Source: an uncultured bacterium (GTDB lineage Bacteria > UBP14 > UBA6098). Taken from it: a stretch of 64,000 bases of DNA. The stretch covers positions 8,007 through 72,006 of the forward strand of contig CAYWOR010000013.1 of assembly GCA_964459995.1 (NCBI GenBank). Direction: 5' to 3'. Every line of letters starts with the position of its first letter. Position 1 is the first letter of the stretch. Made by a program: the position numbers and the translations under genes. Below, piece by piece: positions 9,499-19,604 of the stretch. A model generated the notes under the pieces. The model did not search any database. It was not told the DNA's origin and was given only the letters and a program-made list of their open reading frames with translations.

Positions 9499-10425
9499 AT
9501 GGTCGAAGAATACGATGTAATAATAATCGGCGGCGGCCCGGGTGGACTGACCGCGGCAATCTATGCTTCGAGGGGACTCCACAAAACCCTCGTTGTCGAG
9601 CGTCAGATGACAGGCGGATTAGCCGCGACAACTCATCGTATGGAAAACTACCCCGGTTTCCCGAAAGGCGTGGGCGGCGCTGAGCTTCTGAGCCTTTTCC
9701 GCAAACAGGCGGAAAATTTCGGCACGGAAATCCGCGAGTTTGTAGATGTCAAATCGCTGGAAAAGCTTCCCGACGGCAGAATCGCAGTCCGCGCTACCGA
9801 GCACCAGTTCGTCGCGAAAGCCGTGATTATCTCAACCGGAAGTTATCCACGCAAAATAGGCGTTCCCGGCGAAAAAGAATTCTACGGCAGGGGAGTTTCA
9901 TATTGCGCAACCTGCGACGGCGCACTGTTCCGCGATATGAATGTCGCGGTGGTCGGATGCGGCAATTCCGGCCTTCAGGAGGGTGAAGCGCTTCTCGACT
10001 TATGTAACTCTGTATCCTTCATAGAGTTTCTCGATTATGTGCCGGCGGAAAAAATTCTGTTCGAGAGAATCGAAAAGGCTGAAAACGCCAAATTTTACAT
10101 CAATCACAAGGTTGTGCGATTCGAGGGCGGCCAGTTTTTAGAGCGAATAATCGCGGAAAACCGCGCCACTGGCCAAGAAATCGAAATAACAGTCGATGGA
10201 GCCTTTATTTATGCGGGTTATAAGCCAAATTCGGACTTCGTGATTGGATTCGTTGAATTGGATGACCGCGGTTATATCCAAACCGATGAAAATATGCAAA
10301 CATCGGTTCAGGGAGTGTTTGCGGTCGGCGATGTCCGCGCGAAACGGATTCAACAGGTTACGGTGGCGACTGCCGAGGGCACAATCGCGGCTCTTATGGC
10401 AGGACATTATATTCGCGGGCTTTAG
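9499..10425 (+). CDS. trxB: Thioredoxin-disulfide reductase
   Basis: GGGPGG, GVSYCATCDG, GVFAVGDV. Confidence 0.92.
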   Translation: MVEEYDVIIIGGGPGGLTAAIYASRGLHKTLVVERQMTGGLAATTHRMENYPGFPKGVGGAELLSLFRKQAENFGTEIREFVDVKSLEKLPDGRIAVRATEHQFVAKAVIISTGSYPRKIGVPGEKEFYGRGVSYCATCDGALFRDMNVAVVGCGNSGLQEGEALLDLCNSVSFIEFLDYVPAEKILFERIEKAENAKFYINHKVVRFEGGQFLERIIAENRATGQEIEITVDGAFIYAGYKPNSDFVIGFVELDDRGYIQTDENMQTSVQGVFAVGDVRAKRIQQVTVATAEGTIAALMAGHYIRGL

Positions 10426-11741
10426 AGCGATTCACCTGCCTCAACAACCTTCACAAGCTCATCGAAACCAACCTCGCGCTGACCGCCGGAGGCCATTTCC
10501 TTCAGTGCGACGACGCCCTTTTTAAGCTCATTTTCGCCCAAAATCGCTACATAAGGAATGCCCTGCTTATCTGCATAGGCGAATTGCTGTGCGAGTTTGC
10601 GCGGTTCGAGATAAATATCCGCCGAAACTCCCGAGTCGCGAAGTTTACGCGCAAGCTCGATAGAATCTCCGGCAAAATTTTCATCGAAAATCGTTACAAG
10701 AACGAGCGCAGGGGATTTTGCACTCTCGATTTTCCCTGCGTCGATAAGCGCGGAGAGAATACGGTCGAGGCCTATGGTTATGCCCACCGCTGGGATTTCG
10801 CGTCTGGAAAACAGCCCGATAAGGTCGTCGTATCTGCCGCCGCCGGTAAGGCTACCAATATGAGGCTGTTCCGGCGAAATGCTCTCGAAAATTGTTCCGG
10901 TATAATAATCAAGCCCGCGTGAGAGGGCGAGGTCGATTTTCAGGCTCGATTTCGGTGTGCCGAAACTCGAAGTCAGCGCGATTATCTCGCGTAAGTCCTT
11001 TATTCCCTTAGTAATACGCGGGTTATCCCCCCATTTATCCTCAACTCTCGAAAGAAGCGAGTCGTCTTCGTCTTTCGCAAGAATAACTTCGAAAAGCGAA
11101 TCGATATTCCTTTCCACGAAACCGCCCTCATTAAGCTCTTTGCGGACACCCTCTTCGCCGACTTTGTCCAGTTTGTCGATAATTCTGCAAACATCCATTT
11201 CGGATTCCGCCGGAAATCCCGAAGATTCCATCATTCCACGTAAAAGCTGGCGGTGGTTTATCTTCGTGATAGCTTTATTGAAGCCTACTTCGCGGAGAAT
11301 GCACACGCTAAGCGCGATAATTTCAGCATCTGCGGCGAGTGATTCGGTGCCGATTGTGTCGGCATCACACTGAAGAAACTCGCGGAAACGCCCCTGCCGA
11401 GGCTGTGCGCGCTCTGCCCGCCAGACTTCCTGTATCTGATACCTCTTAAATGGCATCGGAAGCTCCGGATACATCGCCACCGAACGCGCGAGTGGAACTG
11501 TCAAATCATAGCGGAGCGCGAGGTCTTCCTTCTCGTGTTCGAGCTTGTAAAAAAGCCTTTCCGCCTCAGCGCCATATTTGCCGAGAAGAATCTCTTTGAA
11601 CTCGATAGCCGGAGTAGCAAGGGGCGCAAACCCCCATCTACGGAAGGTCTCGCGGACTTTCTGCAGAAGCTCCTCGCGCGGAAGCATAACCTCAGGAAGA
11701 ATATCGCGCATGCCCCTATAAAGGCGTGGTTGGATGAACAT
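10422..11741 (-). CDS. hisS: Histidine--tRNA ligase
   Basis: LRYDLTVP, GRFREFLQCDAD, RGLDYYTG, GGGRYD; GGAGG before MFIQPR. Confidence 0.97.
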   Translation of the reverse strand: MFIQPRLYRGMRDILPEVMLPREELLQKVRETFRRWGFAPLATPAIEFKEILLGKYGAEAERLFYKLEHEKEDLALRYDLTVPLARSVAMYPELPMPFKRYQIQEVWRAERAQPRQGRFREFLQCDADTIGTESLAADAEIIALSVCILREVGFNKAITKINHRQLLRGMMESSGFPAESEMDVCRIIDKLDKVGEEGVRKELNEGGFVERNIDSLFEVILAKDEDDSLLSRVEDKWGDNPRITKGIKDLREIIALTSSFGTPKSSLKIDLALSRGLDYYTGTIFESISPEQPHIGSLTGGGRYDDLIGLFSRREIPAVGITIGLDRILSALIDAGKIESAKSPALVLVTIFDENFAGDSIELARKLRDSGVSADIYLEPRKLAQQFAYADKQGIPYVAILGENELKKGVVALKEMASGGQREVGFDELVKVVEAGESL

Positions 11742-11751
11742 CGAACCTCCG

Positions 11752-12432
11752 TTAAAAACCTTTTGTGATAGCGAATGCGCTAACGCCCCAGCATAGAGCG
11801 ATTGCGGCCACTGAGCCGGCATAATAAAGTGATGTTTTCACCTCGGCGAGCGATCCGACTTTATCGCGAATTTTCTCGCCAAGAGCATATCCGATAGGAA
11901 CCGTAAGCGCTGAAAAAGCCGCCCAAAGAAGGCTCTCGTGTGCCATGAAGCGGAAAAAACCCGCCCCGGAATTAAAAGAGAGCAGATAAGCGCAGGGTGC
12001 GAGACGCATCCCAATAGCCCAAAAAGCGGTTCCGCCAAGAAATCCGCCCGCAAAACCGGCTGTAGCTCTCGAGGCGAATGATTTTTCCATCTGCCTCGAA
12101 AGGGCGATAGCGGCGCCCCCAAAGGTCGCGCCTTCCAGAAAAACCGCAAGACTCCCATTGGCCATACAGGTCATCGGAAGACCGAGAACCGGCACAACAA
12201 GCTGTTTGACAGCCATCGCGATAACAGGTGCGGCAAATAGAACCCAAACTTTACGGTAAACCGCGAAAGCCATCGCCATTAAGCCGAGGCCAAGCCCCGT
12301 AAGGATTACTGCGCGAGTAGGAATTCCCAACATCTTTAGCGCTCCGCCGCCGACAACCTCGACCAGCCCCCAAATCGAGCCGAAAACGAGCACGGCGAGA
12401 AGCAAATCGACAGCCCTGAATTTATCTTTCAT
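11752..12432 (-). CDS. Multi-pass membrane protein (possibly ECF S-component-like)
   Basis: About 6-7 hydrophobic segments, FGSIWGLVE motif, strong RBS. Confidence 0.7.
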   Translation of the reverse strand: MKDKFRAVDLLLAVLVFGSIWGLVEVVGGGALKMLGIPTRAVILTGLGLGLMAMAFAVYRKVWVLFAAPVIAMAVKQLVVPVLGLPMTCMANGSLAVFLEGATFGGAAIALSRQMEKSFASRATAGFAGGFLGGTAFWAIGMRLAPCAYLLSFNSGAGFFRFMAHESLLWAAFSALTVPIGYALGEKIRDKVGSLAEVKTSLYYAGSVAAIALCWGVSAFAITKGF

Positions 12433-12441
12433 AACTCCTCC

Positions 12442-13272
12442 TTATACTCCCAAAAAGCCTCTAAGCGGCTCACCGACACCGATTCCAACCTCGCGGATGA
12501 GAGTCAAAGCCTCATCGAGCTTGTATCCAACATCACCGGCCCGATGCGCGTCGCTTCCAATCGAATTCACCCGAACGCCGGCTTCACGAGCCATCTCGAG
12601 AATATTTCGAGATGGGTAAAAATCCGAATAGCCCTTCCGCATCGCAGAAGTATTTATTTCAATTCCAACTCCGGCCTTCGCAATCTCGTCAAAGACCTTT
12701 GGAAAAAGCTTTTCCAGCTCTCGATCTATATGGGTGCCATATAGACGACGCGCATATTTTTTGATACCATCGACATGAGCTATTGTCGAGAATATTTTCG
12801 AGCGCGCTATTGCGATAGTTTTATCGCAGAAATCCTCCGCTATCGCCGAGGGCGCAGTCGAGCGAAGATAGCCATCCGCTTCACTGCTGGCCGTAACAGA
12901 GATGTTTTCGAGACAATGCACCGCGCCGAGCACGAAATCCACTGGATGTTTGACGACAAAATCTCGCGCAATAGCGTCATAGTGCGGCATATAGCTAAGC
13001 TCGAACCCCGACCAAAGCTGAATTTCGCCCGAATACCGAGCCCGAAGCTCAGCAATCTCATCGAGATACGCGCCAACCGCTGTATTGTCGAGAAGTCGAA
13101 GCTTACCGTCAATTCGCATAAAGGGATCGATTCCCCGCCGAAATGGGTTTAGGTCGATATGCGTGGTGAAGCACATCGCCTTGAGACCCGCCCCGATTCC
13201 TGCGCGAACCATATCTTCCATTTCCGCGTGCGAATCGATGCTGTGTTTCGAATGGACGTGAAAATCGATCAT
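12442..13272 (-). CDS. Histidinol-phosphatase HisJ family (PHP domain)
   Basis: DFHVHS..S.D, EINTS, GSDAH motifs. Confidence 0.85.
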   Translation of the reverse strand: MIDFHVHSKHSIDSHAEMEDMVRAGIGAGLKAMCFTTHIDLNPFRRGIDPFMRIDGKLRLLDNTAVGAYLDEIAELRARYSGEIQLWSGFELSYMPHYDAIARDFVVKHPVDFVLGAVHCLENISVTASSEADGYLRSTAPSAIAEDFCDKTIAIARSKIFSTIAHVDGIKKYARRLYGTHIDRELEKLFPKVFDEIAKAGVGIEINTSAMRKGYSDFYPSRNILEMAREAGVRVNSIGSDAHRAGDVGYKLDEALTLIREVGIGVGEPLRGFLGV

Positions 13273-13340
13273 AACTAATAAATATATTCCGATTATTCGT
13301 GCAGGGCAAGCCAATTATACCCCCCGCAAAAAGGATTGAA

Positions 13341-13370
13341 AAAGCCCCCTTCTATTCGAAGAGGGCAAAT
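13341..13370 (-). terminator. Probable terminator after rubrerythrin
   Basis: gccc(c)cttc...gaagagggc hairpin with A tract on the left. Confidence 0.55.
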
Positions 13371-13417
13371 TTCTGCGCTTAACCGGCGTTCTCGAAGTTT
13401 TTTATGAATTGCAGGGG

Positions 13418-14008
13418 TTAGAACTTCTCGCAGAGCACGACGTAATATTCTGTCGGATGACTGCAAGACGGGCATTTAGCCGGCGGCTTTTTGCCTTTGT
13501 GAACATATCCGCAGACATCGCATTTCCATTCGACTTCGCAATCCTTTTCGAACATAGTTCCTTTAGTAACCTGTTCAAGAAGTGCTTTGTAACGGGCTTC
13601 GTGATGCTCCTCGACCTTGGAAATAGCACGGATACGTGCCGCCATTGCAGGGAATCCCTCTGCATCAGCATCGTCGGCGAATTGCGGGTAAAGCTTCGTA
13701 TGCTCCTCGTTTTCTCCCTCGATTGCCGCGCGAAGATTGGCTATTGTATCGCCAAGAGTGGTCGGCACATCCGTTTCGATATGAACCATGTCGCAGGAAC
13801 AGCACGAACAGCCCTTTTCCTTCAGTTCATTAAGCATCCTGAAAAACCATTTCGCGTGCTCGCGTTCGTTTTCAGCTGTTTCAAGGAAAATCTTCTCGAT
13901 CTGCGGATATCCGTCCTGTTTGGCCATTTTCGCATACATGGTGTAACGGTTGCGCGCCTGACTCTCGCCTACAAAGGCCATTGCAAGATTCTTTTTGGTC
14001 TTTTCCAT
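13418..14008 (-). CDS. rbr: Rubrerythrin
   Basis: GESQARNRY, ENEREHA, EEHHE, C-terminal CxxCG...CPxC. Confidence 0.95.
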   Translation of the reverse strand: MEKTKKNLAMAFVGESQARNRYTMYAKMAKQDGYPQIEKIFLETAENEREHAKWFFRMLNELKEKGCSCCSCDMVHIETDVPTTLGDTIANLRAAIEGENEEHTKLYPQFADDADAEGFPAMAARIRAISKVEEHHEARYKALLEQVTKGTMFEKDCEVEWKCDVCGYVHKGKKPPAKCPSCSHPTEYYVVLCEKF

Positions 14009-14045
14009 TTCTTTCCTTTCGTTAGTTTACCAGTTTCAGATTATC

Positions 14046-14777
14046 TTATTGATAATGCAACCCTTTTGCAACATCAAAATTTATAGAATAATCGCGGGTG
14101 CCGTCGCTATAATCAATAATGCCGAATGACATCGCTCCAAAACACATATTCATTGCACTTGTAGGCGATGGCGACTCATAATTCGTATATGCCGAATGCA
14201 TAACTGTTGGCGTCGGTAAAAAAAAGCACAAAAACCCGGCTGTTACCAAAGCTTTCGACCAGAACCCCTCCTCGATGCTCCAACCGAGAGCCAGAAACCC
14301 TATCCCTGCGGCGTTACACACCGCCTCCGAAATTAACCCGGACTCGAGGATGTCCTCATAGGGCGCGTTTGGATCGTCCTGTCGAAGATTATGCGCCACT
14401 ATTTTCGGAGCGAAAAAAGAAAGTCCGTATGCCGCCGCGACACCCGACCAAAGGATGATTTTCCCTTTCGAGACCTGTTTCTTCGCACCGTAGCGGTCGC
14501 CCAAAATCTCGGTAAAAGCACCACCTACAAAGATCCCCGAAGCCGTCCCCGCCGCGGCCATTCCCAAAGCCACGCATCCGGTCTTGTAAATTCCATAATA
14601 GCCATAGGTCTTCCAAATAGCGCTTCCGGTGGAAATTCGCGTGTCGGGAATGCCCTCGGAAATCCGCGAAGCCGAATAATCCATTCGAGAATCGTCCAAC
14701 CGAAGGTTAAGTTGCCCAGCACCAAAAAGCGCGGAGACCGAAAGAAAAATTAATATTATCGGGAAATATCTAACCAT
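14046..14777 (-). CDS. Hypothetical membrane protein
   Basis: Signal-like N-terminus MVRYFPIILIFL plus several hydrophobic segments. Confidence 0.6.
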   Translation of the reverse strand: MVRYFPIILIFLSVSALFGAGQLNLRLDDSRMDYSASRISEGIPDTRISTGSAIWKTYGYYGIYKTGCVALGMAAAGTASGIFVGGAFTEILGDRYGAKKQVSKGKIILWSGVAAAYGLSFFAPKIVAHNLRQDDPNAPYEDILESGLISEAVCNAAGIGFLALGWSIEEGFWSKALVTAGFLCFFLPTPTVMHSAYTNYESPSPTSAMNMCFGAMSFGIIDYSDGTRDYSINFDVAKGLHYQ

Positions 14778-14895
14778 CTTTACTAATTTACATTTCCAAA
14801 TCTGCTTTTCAAGCCGTAAATGTCCGTCGCGGAAAAAGTCTTGTCGATTGCGCAACATGTTCATATATTGCACTCAAAGCCAAGTTAGGAGAAAC

Positions 14896-15378
14896 ATGGA
14901 ACGCAAAGCGCTGTATCCCGGAAGCTTCGACCCAATAACCAACGGCCATCTCGATATTATAATCCGAGCCATGGAAATTTTCGACCGTCTCATTGTCGGT
15001 GTCGGCCTAAATATCAGCAAAACCCCACTATTCAGCGTCGATGAGAGAATTGAGATGATTCGCGAGAGCATCGCCGGTATTCCGAATGTCGAGGTCGTTT
15101 CCTATTCCGGTCTCACCGCAAAATATGCCGAGCAAATCGGCGCAGTAGCCCTAATTCGCGGTCTTCGCGCTGTCTCCGATTTCGAATACGAATTCCAAAT
15201 GACCCTCGCAAACCGCCAGCTTTTTCCAAAAGGGGAGACGGTCTTTCTGATGCCAAGTATCGCCAATGTTTACCTCAATTCCTCGATGGTTAAGGACATC
15301 GCGAGTCTCGGCGGCGATATAGAACGCTTTGTCCCACCCCCTGTTGCGGAGAAGCTTCGCGCGAAATTCACTACATAA
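14896..15378 (+). CDS. coaD: Pantetheine-phosphate adenylyltransferase
   Basis: YPGSFDPITNGH, RGLRAVSDFEYE, SSMVK. Confidence 0.97.
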   Translation: MERKALYPGSFDPITNGHLDIIIRAMEIFDRLIVGVGLNISKTPLFSVDERIEMIRESIAGIPNVEVVSYSGLTAKYAEQIGAVALIRGLRAVSDFEYEFQMTLANRQLFPKGETVFLMPSIANVYLNSSMVKDIASLGGDIERFVPPPVAEKLRAKFTT

Positions 15379-15384
15379 TCCACA

Positions 15385-16068
15385 ATGAAAACGCTCGCAA
15401 AAAACATCGCAACAATTCTCCTAATCTCCGCCCTTGCACTATTAGGCGAATGGCAACCTCACGAAATCCCCGAGGGAGTTTTCTGCGACCCCGATTCCGA
15501 TTGCATTCTGCTTCCCGAAACGCCCCTTGCAGTGCCGGTTCCTGCGCTTATCTATCTCTCTTGCACCGGCGGAAAACCATGGGATATCGATTCCGTCCGT
15601 GAAATTCATAACGAACTCGGATGGGCAATCGCAACCTGCGGCAAATCGCGCAACAGAAGGGCAACGGACATAAACGAAGACGACATTCTCCACCTTCATG
15701 CCAAGCTCGAACGAACAGGTAAAGTCGATAAAAACCGCATCTATCTCTTCGGATTCAGCGGACAGGGCGCGCAGGCTATCGGAACCGTGCTAAGGCATCC
15801 TAACCTTTTCGCCGGTGCAGTAATCGACTGCGCGCACACTGGCGGAGTTACTTTTTTTTGCGAGGAAGCCTCAGCAAATCAGGCATTTTATATCATTACA
15901 AAAACCGAAGACTGGAACCGCGAATACAGCGAAAAATTGCATAAGCTATTCGTAAATTTCGATATACGCGACACGCTCATAATCGAAAAGGGCGAACACG
16001 CCATCGGCCCGGCAGAGGATATTCTCCGCGCATGCCGCTGGTTCGAGAAAATCTCTACTCGAGATTAG
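15385..16068 (+). CDS. Secreted alpha/beta-hydrolase-like protein
   Basis: Signal peptide; RIYLFGFSGQG nucleophile elbow; C-terminal His (GEH). Confidence 0.65.
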   Translation: MKTLAKNIATILLISALALLGEWQPHEIPEGVFCDPDSDCILLPETPLAVPVPALIYLSCTGGKPWDIDSVREIHNELGWAIATCGKSRNRRATDINEDDILHLHAKLERTGKVDKNRIYLFGFSGQGAQAIGTVLRHPNLFAGAVIDCAHTGGVTFFCEEASANQAFYIITKTEDWNREYSEKLHKLFVNFDIRDTLIIEKGEHAIGPAEDILRACRWFEKISTRD

Positions 16069-16077
16069 GAGGGATAA

Positions 16078-16515
16078 ATGGATAATCAAATGCAGAGCGC
16101 CTATCAGCCGTCGTTAGATGTTCAACAGCCGGTTAAAAAGAACAACACTGCGAAAATTCTCGGAGTCGGATGCCTCGTTGTTATCGTCATTATGATAATC
16201 GTTGGCGCTTTACTATGGTGGGGCGGGAAAAAAGCCATCCAAATGGGCATCGAAATGACACTACAAGAAATGAAAACGGACGTAATGGCTAATTTCGAAA
16301 GGGGAACTCCTGAATGGGAGGACGCCAAATACCAGATGGACCTATTGATTCTGCTCGGAAAGCATAAAAAAGTCGGCCTTATCGATTTCACAACCTTTAG
16401 CGAAAAATACGAAACCCTTAAAGCCGACGGCCAAATCGACCGCGCCGACGCCATGATTCTGATCGACCTCGCACGGGATTTCAACGATTTGCACGGCTCA
16501 AAGCTCAATAAATAA
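16078..16515 (+). CDS. Hypothetical single-TM protein
   Basis: GGAGG RBS; KKNN..GVGCLVVIVI TM segment. Confidence 0.75.
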   Translation: MDNQMQSAYQPSLDVQQPVKKNNTAKILGVGCLVVIVIMIIVGALLWWGGKKAIQMGIEMTLQEMKTDVMANFERGTPEWEDAKYQMDLLILLGKHKKVGLIDFTTFSEKYETLKADGQIDRADAMILIDLARDFNDLHGSKLNK

Positions 16516-16639
16516 TTCCCGAAAGGAATCGCGCCGGTTTCCACGAGAACAAAGCGTTCCCGCTTGCAAAAGTATGCGGCAAACCGTATCATTACAAAGT
16601 TTATCGAATCATCATAACTTATAAAAAAAGGATACGAAC

Positions 16640-17878
16640 ATGGGAAAAAACATAATGGAGAAGATTTTCGAGGCACACACGCCCGATAAATCTCTCGTGG
16701 TGCCGGGAAAAACTATTTGGCTGGACATCGATATCCGTAGCGCGCGAGATTTCGGCGGTGCAAATGTCGTGAAACACCTCGAACGCGAATACCCGAACGA
16801 AAGCAAGGTCGCCGACACCGCGAAAACATTCTTCACTTTCGACTGTGTCTCCCCCGCGAACACTATCCCATACGCCGAAAATCAGCAGATATGCCGCGTT
16901 TTCGCGCGCGATAACAACATTCCACTCTACGATGTCGGCACCGGAATCGGAACCCACATCCTTATCGAAAACGGCCATGTCCTTCCCGGAATGACCGCCG
17001 TCGGCACCGATTCGCACTACAACATTATGGGCGCGATAGGCGCGTTCGGGCAGGGTATGGGCGACCGCGACATCGCCTTCGCATGGAAAGCCGGCAAAGT
17101 ATGGTTCGATATTCCCGAAACGGTGCGAATCAATCTCGACGGCATCCCCACCCACCCCGACGTTACCGCCAAAGACGTCGTTCTGCGACTTCTGCAGGAA
17201 TTTGGCGCAAGTGGGCTTTTGGGTAAAGTCGCAGAACTTCGCGGCGATTACATCGAATTAATAGGCCTCGATGAACGAATCACTATTGCGAGCATGGGCA
17301 CCGAAATGGGGCTTATCAGCGTCATGATTGCTCCGGATGAAAAACTCGCTAATGAGCTTAAACAATGGCATTCTGAGGATATAGAACTGCTCGGGTCCGA
17401 TCCCGACGCCAAATACCAGGGCGAATACACGATTTCGATAGCAAACCTCGAACCGCTTATCTCCGCGCCTTTCGAGCCGCACAATGTCCATCCGGTAACG
17501 AAATTCGCCGGAACAAGGCTCGATAGTGTCTTCGTCGGAAGTTGCACCGGAGGAAGAATAACCGACCTTCGCGACCTTACCAAAGAAACCGAAAAGGGAA
17601 TTGCGGATGGCGTCATACTTCGAGTTGTCCCCGCGACAAGACGCACTCTTGCTTTGGCCATGAAAGAGGGCATCTACGAGAATCTCTTCGAAAACGGCGC
17701 GACAGTTAGCCATGCCGCCTGTGGAGGTTGCGCAAGCGGACAAATTGGCATGACCGGCGCCGGAGAGGTGCAGGTCTCAACCGGAAATCGTAATTTCAAA
17801 GGCAAACAGGGAGCGGGCGAAACATTTCTCTCAAGCGCGAAAATCGCCGGAAGAGCCGCCGCGAAGGGAAAACTCTAA
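16640..17878 (+). CDS. Aconitase-family (LeuC/homoaconitase) large subunit, divergent paralog
   Basis: GTDSHY, GAFGQG, GSCTGGR, CGGC [4Fe-4S] ligands, STGNRNFKG. Confidence 0.88.
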   Translation: MGKNIMEKIFEAHTPDKSLVVPGKTIWLDIDIRSARDFGGANVVKHLEREYPNESKVADTAKTFFTFDCVSPANTIPYAENQQICRVFARDNNIPLYDVGTGIGTHILIENGHVLPGMTAVGTDSHYNIMGAIGAFGQGMGDRDIAFAWKAGKVWFDIPETVRINLDGIPTHPDVTAKDVVLRLLQEFGASGLLGKVAELRGDYIELIGLDERITIASMGTEMGLISVMIAPDEKLANELKQWHSEDIELLGSDPDAKYQGEYTISIANLEPLISAPFEPHNVHPVTKFAGTRLDSVFVGSCTGGRITDLRDLTKETEKGIADGVILRVVPATRRTLALAMKEGIYENLFENGATVSHAACGGCASGQIGMTGAGEVQVSTGNRNFKGKQGAGETFLSSAKIAGRAAAKGKL

Positions 17879-17920
17879 TTAAATCCAAAAGCCCCGAAGA
17901 AATGAGAGAAGCCCTTATAG

Positions 17921-18622
17921 ATGAATAACTTAGGAATACTCGCGTGGTTACTGGGCTTTATCCCGGGAATCGCTTGGCTCGTGTATGTATATCGCAAGGA
18001 CATTCACGAGCCGGAGCCTGTGGGATGGGTTATCCTAATGTTCAGCCTCGGAGCGCTGTCGGTTATTCCGGTCGGGCTTATCGAAAGCTGGGTTACAGGG
18101 AGAATGGGCATCTCGGAGCCATGGTCGCTGGCAGACACAGCGAAAATTAGCTGGATTGTAGCCGGTTTTATCGAAGAGTTTGCCAAAATGGCGATTGTCA
18201 TCGTATTCGTTTCGTATCGGAAAACCTTCAATGAGCCGATGGACGGCATCGTTTACGCCTCCGCAGTGGCTTTGGGGTTCGCCTCCGCAGAGAATGTTCT
18301 CTACATAAACCGATTCGGCAATGTCGTAATCCTATTTCGCGCGCCATTAGCGACTTTGGGGCACCTGCTTTTTTCTTCGATATGGGGATATGCCATCGGC
18401 AACGCCCGCTTCGACAACGACCGTCGCCTCGCACTTATAGGAAAGGGATTTCTCCTAAGTGCCTTTTTCCACGGCCTATATAACTTCCTGATGTTTACAC
18501 AAATTTTCGCCGCATTCGCCGTTTATCTCGTTGTGGCGACATTACGCAAAATGCTTATCCGCATGGTCGATACGGCGCAGAACAGAAGCCCCTTCAAACC
18601 ACAATCGCAGGAAACGACATGA
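17921..18622 (+). CDS. PrsW family intramembrane metalloprotease
   Basis: D.HEPEP, EEFAK, GFASAEN, H..FS, HGLYN. Confidence 0.9.
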   Translation: MNNLGILAWLLGFIPGIAWLVYVYRKDIHEPEPVGWVILMFSLGALSVIPVGLIESWVTGRMGISEPWSLADTAKISWIVAGFIEEFAKMAIVIVFVSYRKTFNEPMDGIVYASAVALGFASAENVLYINRFGNVVILFRAPLATLGHLLFSSIWGYAIGNARFDNDRRLALIGKGFLLSAFFHGLYNFLMFTQIFAAFAVYLVVATLRKMLIRMVDTAQNRSPFKPQSQETT

Positions 18623-19554
18623 TATATACTGTTACCCTAAATCCAGCACTGGACAGGACGATATGGATTGACACCTTCAAATTCGACGACACCTGCCGAA
18701 TTACATCGGAAAAACGCTTTCCGGGCGGCAAGGGGGTGGATGTGTCCCGGATGATAAAAACTCTCGGCGGCGAGAGTATCGCGCTGGGCTTTATCGGCGG
18801 TTTCGACGGTTTCGAATTTCAGGGAAGGCTCCTCAACGAGGGCATTCCGCACGATTTTATCCGTATTGCAGGCGAAACACGCACCAATATCATAATCCAC
18901 GCCGCAAACAGCCCCCACGAGCTAAAAGTCAACGCCGCCGGCCCCGAAATAAAACCCGAAGAGCTTGGAATCTTTATCGACAAAATCAAATCGCTCGAGC
19001 CGAAACCAACCAACGCCGTTATCTCAGGCTCGATTCCCCCGGGATTGTCAAAGGGAATCTACAGGGAAATGACCCTCGCTTTCGAAAGCCTCGGTGCGAA
19101 GGTTATTCTCGATGCCGACGGCGAGTCCCTCGAAAAAGGGCTTCCAGCCACACCATTCATGATAAAACCAAATGTTCACGAGCTTCGAAGGCTCATCGGC
19201 AGAGATTTTGAATCGACAATCGATATGATAGGTTGCGCAAGGTCGCTATTGCAGGACGAGCTGGAAGTCGTGGTAGTCTCTGCAGGTGCAAAAGGAGTTT
19301 ATGTCGTGCTCGAAGACGGCGGTTTCCACGCCACTACCCCTGATGTTCCGGTTAAAAATTCGGTGGGCGCGGGAGACAGCCTCATCGGCGGAATCGTTTT
19401 CGAGCTTGACCGTGGCGGTTCTCTCGAAGACGCAATCCGACTCGGTGTCGCCTGCGGAACCGCAACCGCAATGTCCGAAGGCTCGGCGCAGGGCACCAAG
19501 GAAGATGTCGAAAAAATCCTTCCCTTAGTCGGAATACAAAAGCTTCCCGAATGA
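18619..19554 (+). CDS. 1-phosphofructokinase family hexose kinase (PfkB)
   Basis: TVTLNPALD, GGKG.DVS, IKPNVHEL, VGAGDS. Confidence 0.92.
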   Translation: MIYTVTLNPALDRTIWIDTFKFDDTCRITSEKRFPGGKGVDVSRMIKTLGGESIALGFIGGFDGFEFQGRLLNEGIPHDFIRIAGETRTNIIIHAANSPHELKVNAAGPEIKPEELGIFIDKIKSLEPKPTNAVISGSIPPGLSKGIYREMTLAFESLGAKVILDADGESLEKGLPATPFMIKPNVHELRRLIGRDFESTIDMIGCARSLLQDELEVVVVSAGAKGVYVVLEDGGFHATTPDVPVKNSVGAGDSLIGGIVFELDRGGSLEDAIRLGVACGTATAMSEGSAQGTKEDVEKILPLVGIQKLPE

Positions 19555-19604
19555 TATACGAAAAAATCATAATTAGCCCTTTTCGAAGGGTCGATGCTTA
19601 AACG

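Noticed and set aside
4827-14008. Selenocysteine or stop-codon recoding in redox genes
   Set aside because: All these ORFs are full length with Cys at the catalytic sites; TAA, TAG and TGA all act as stops in the window
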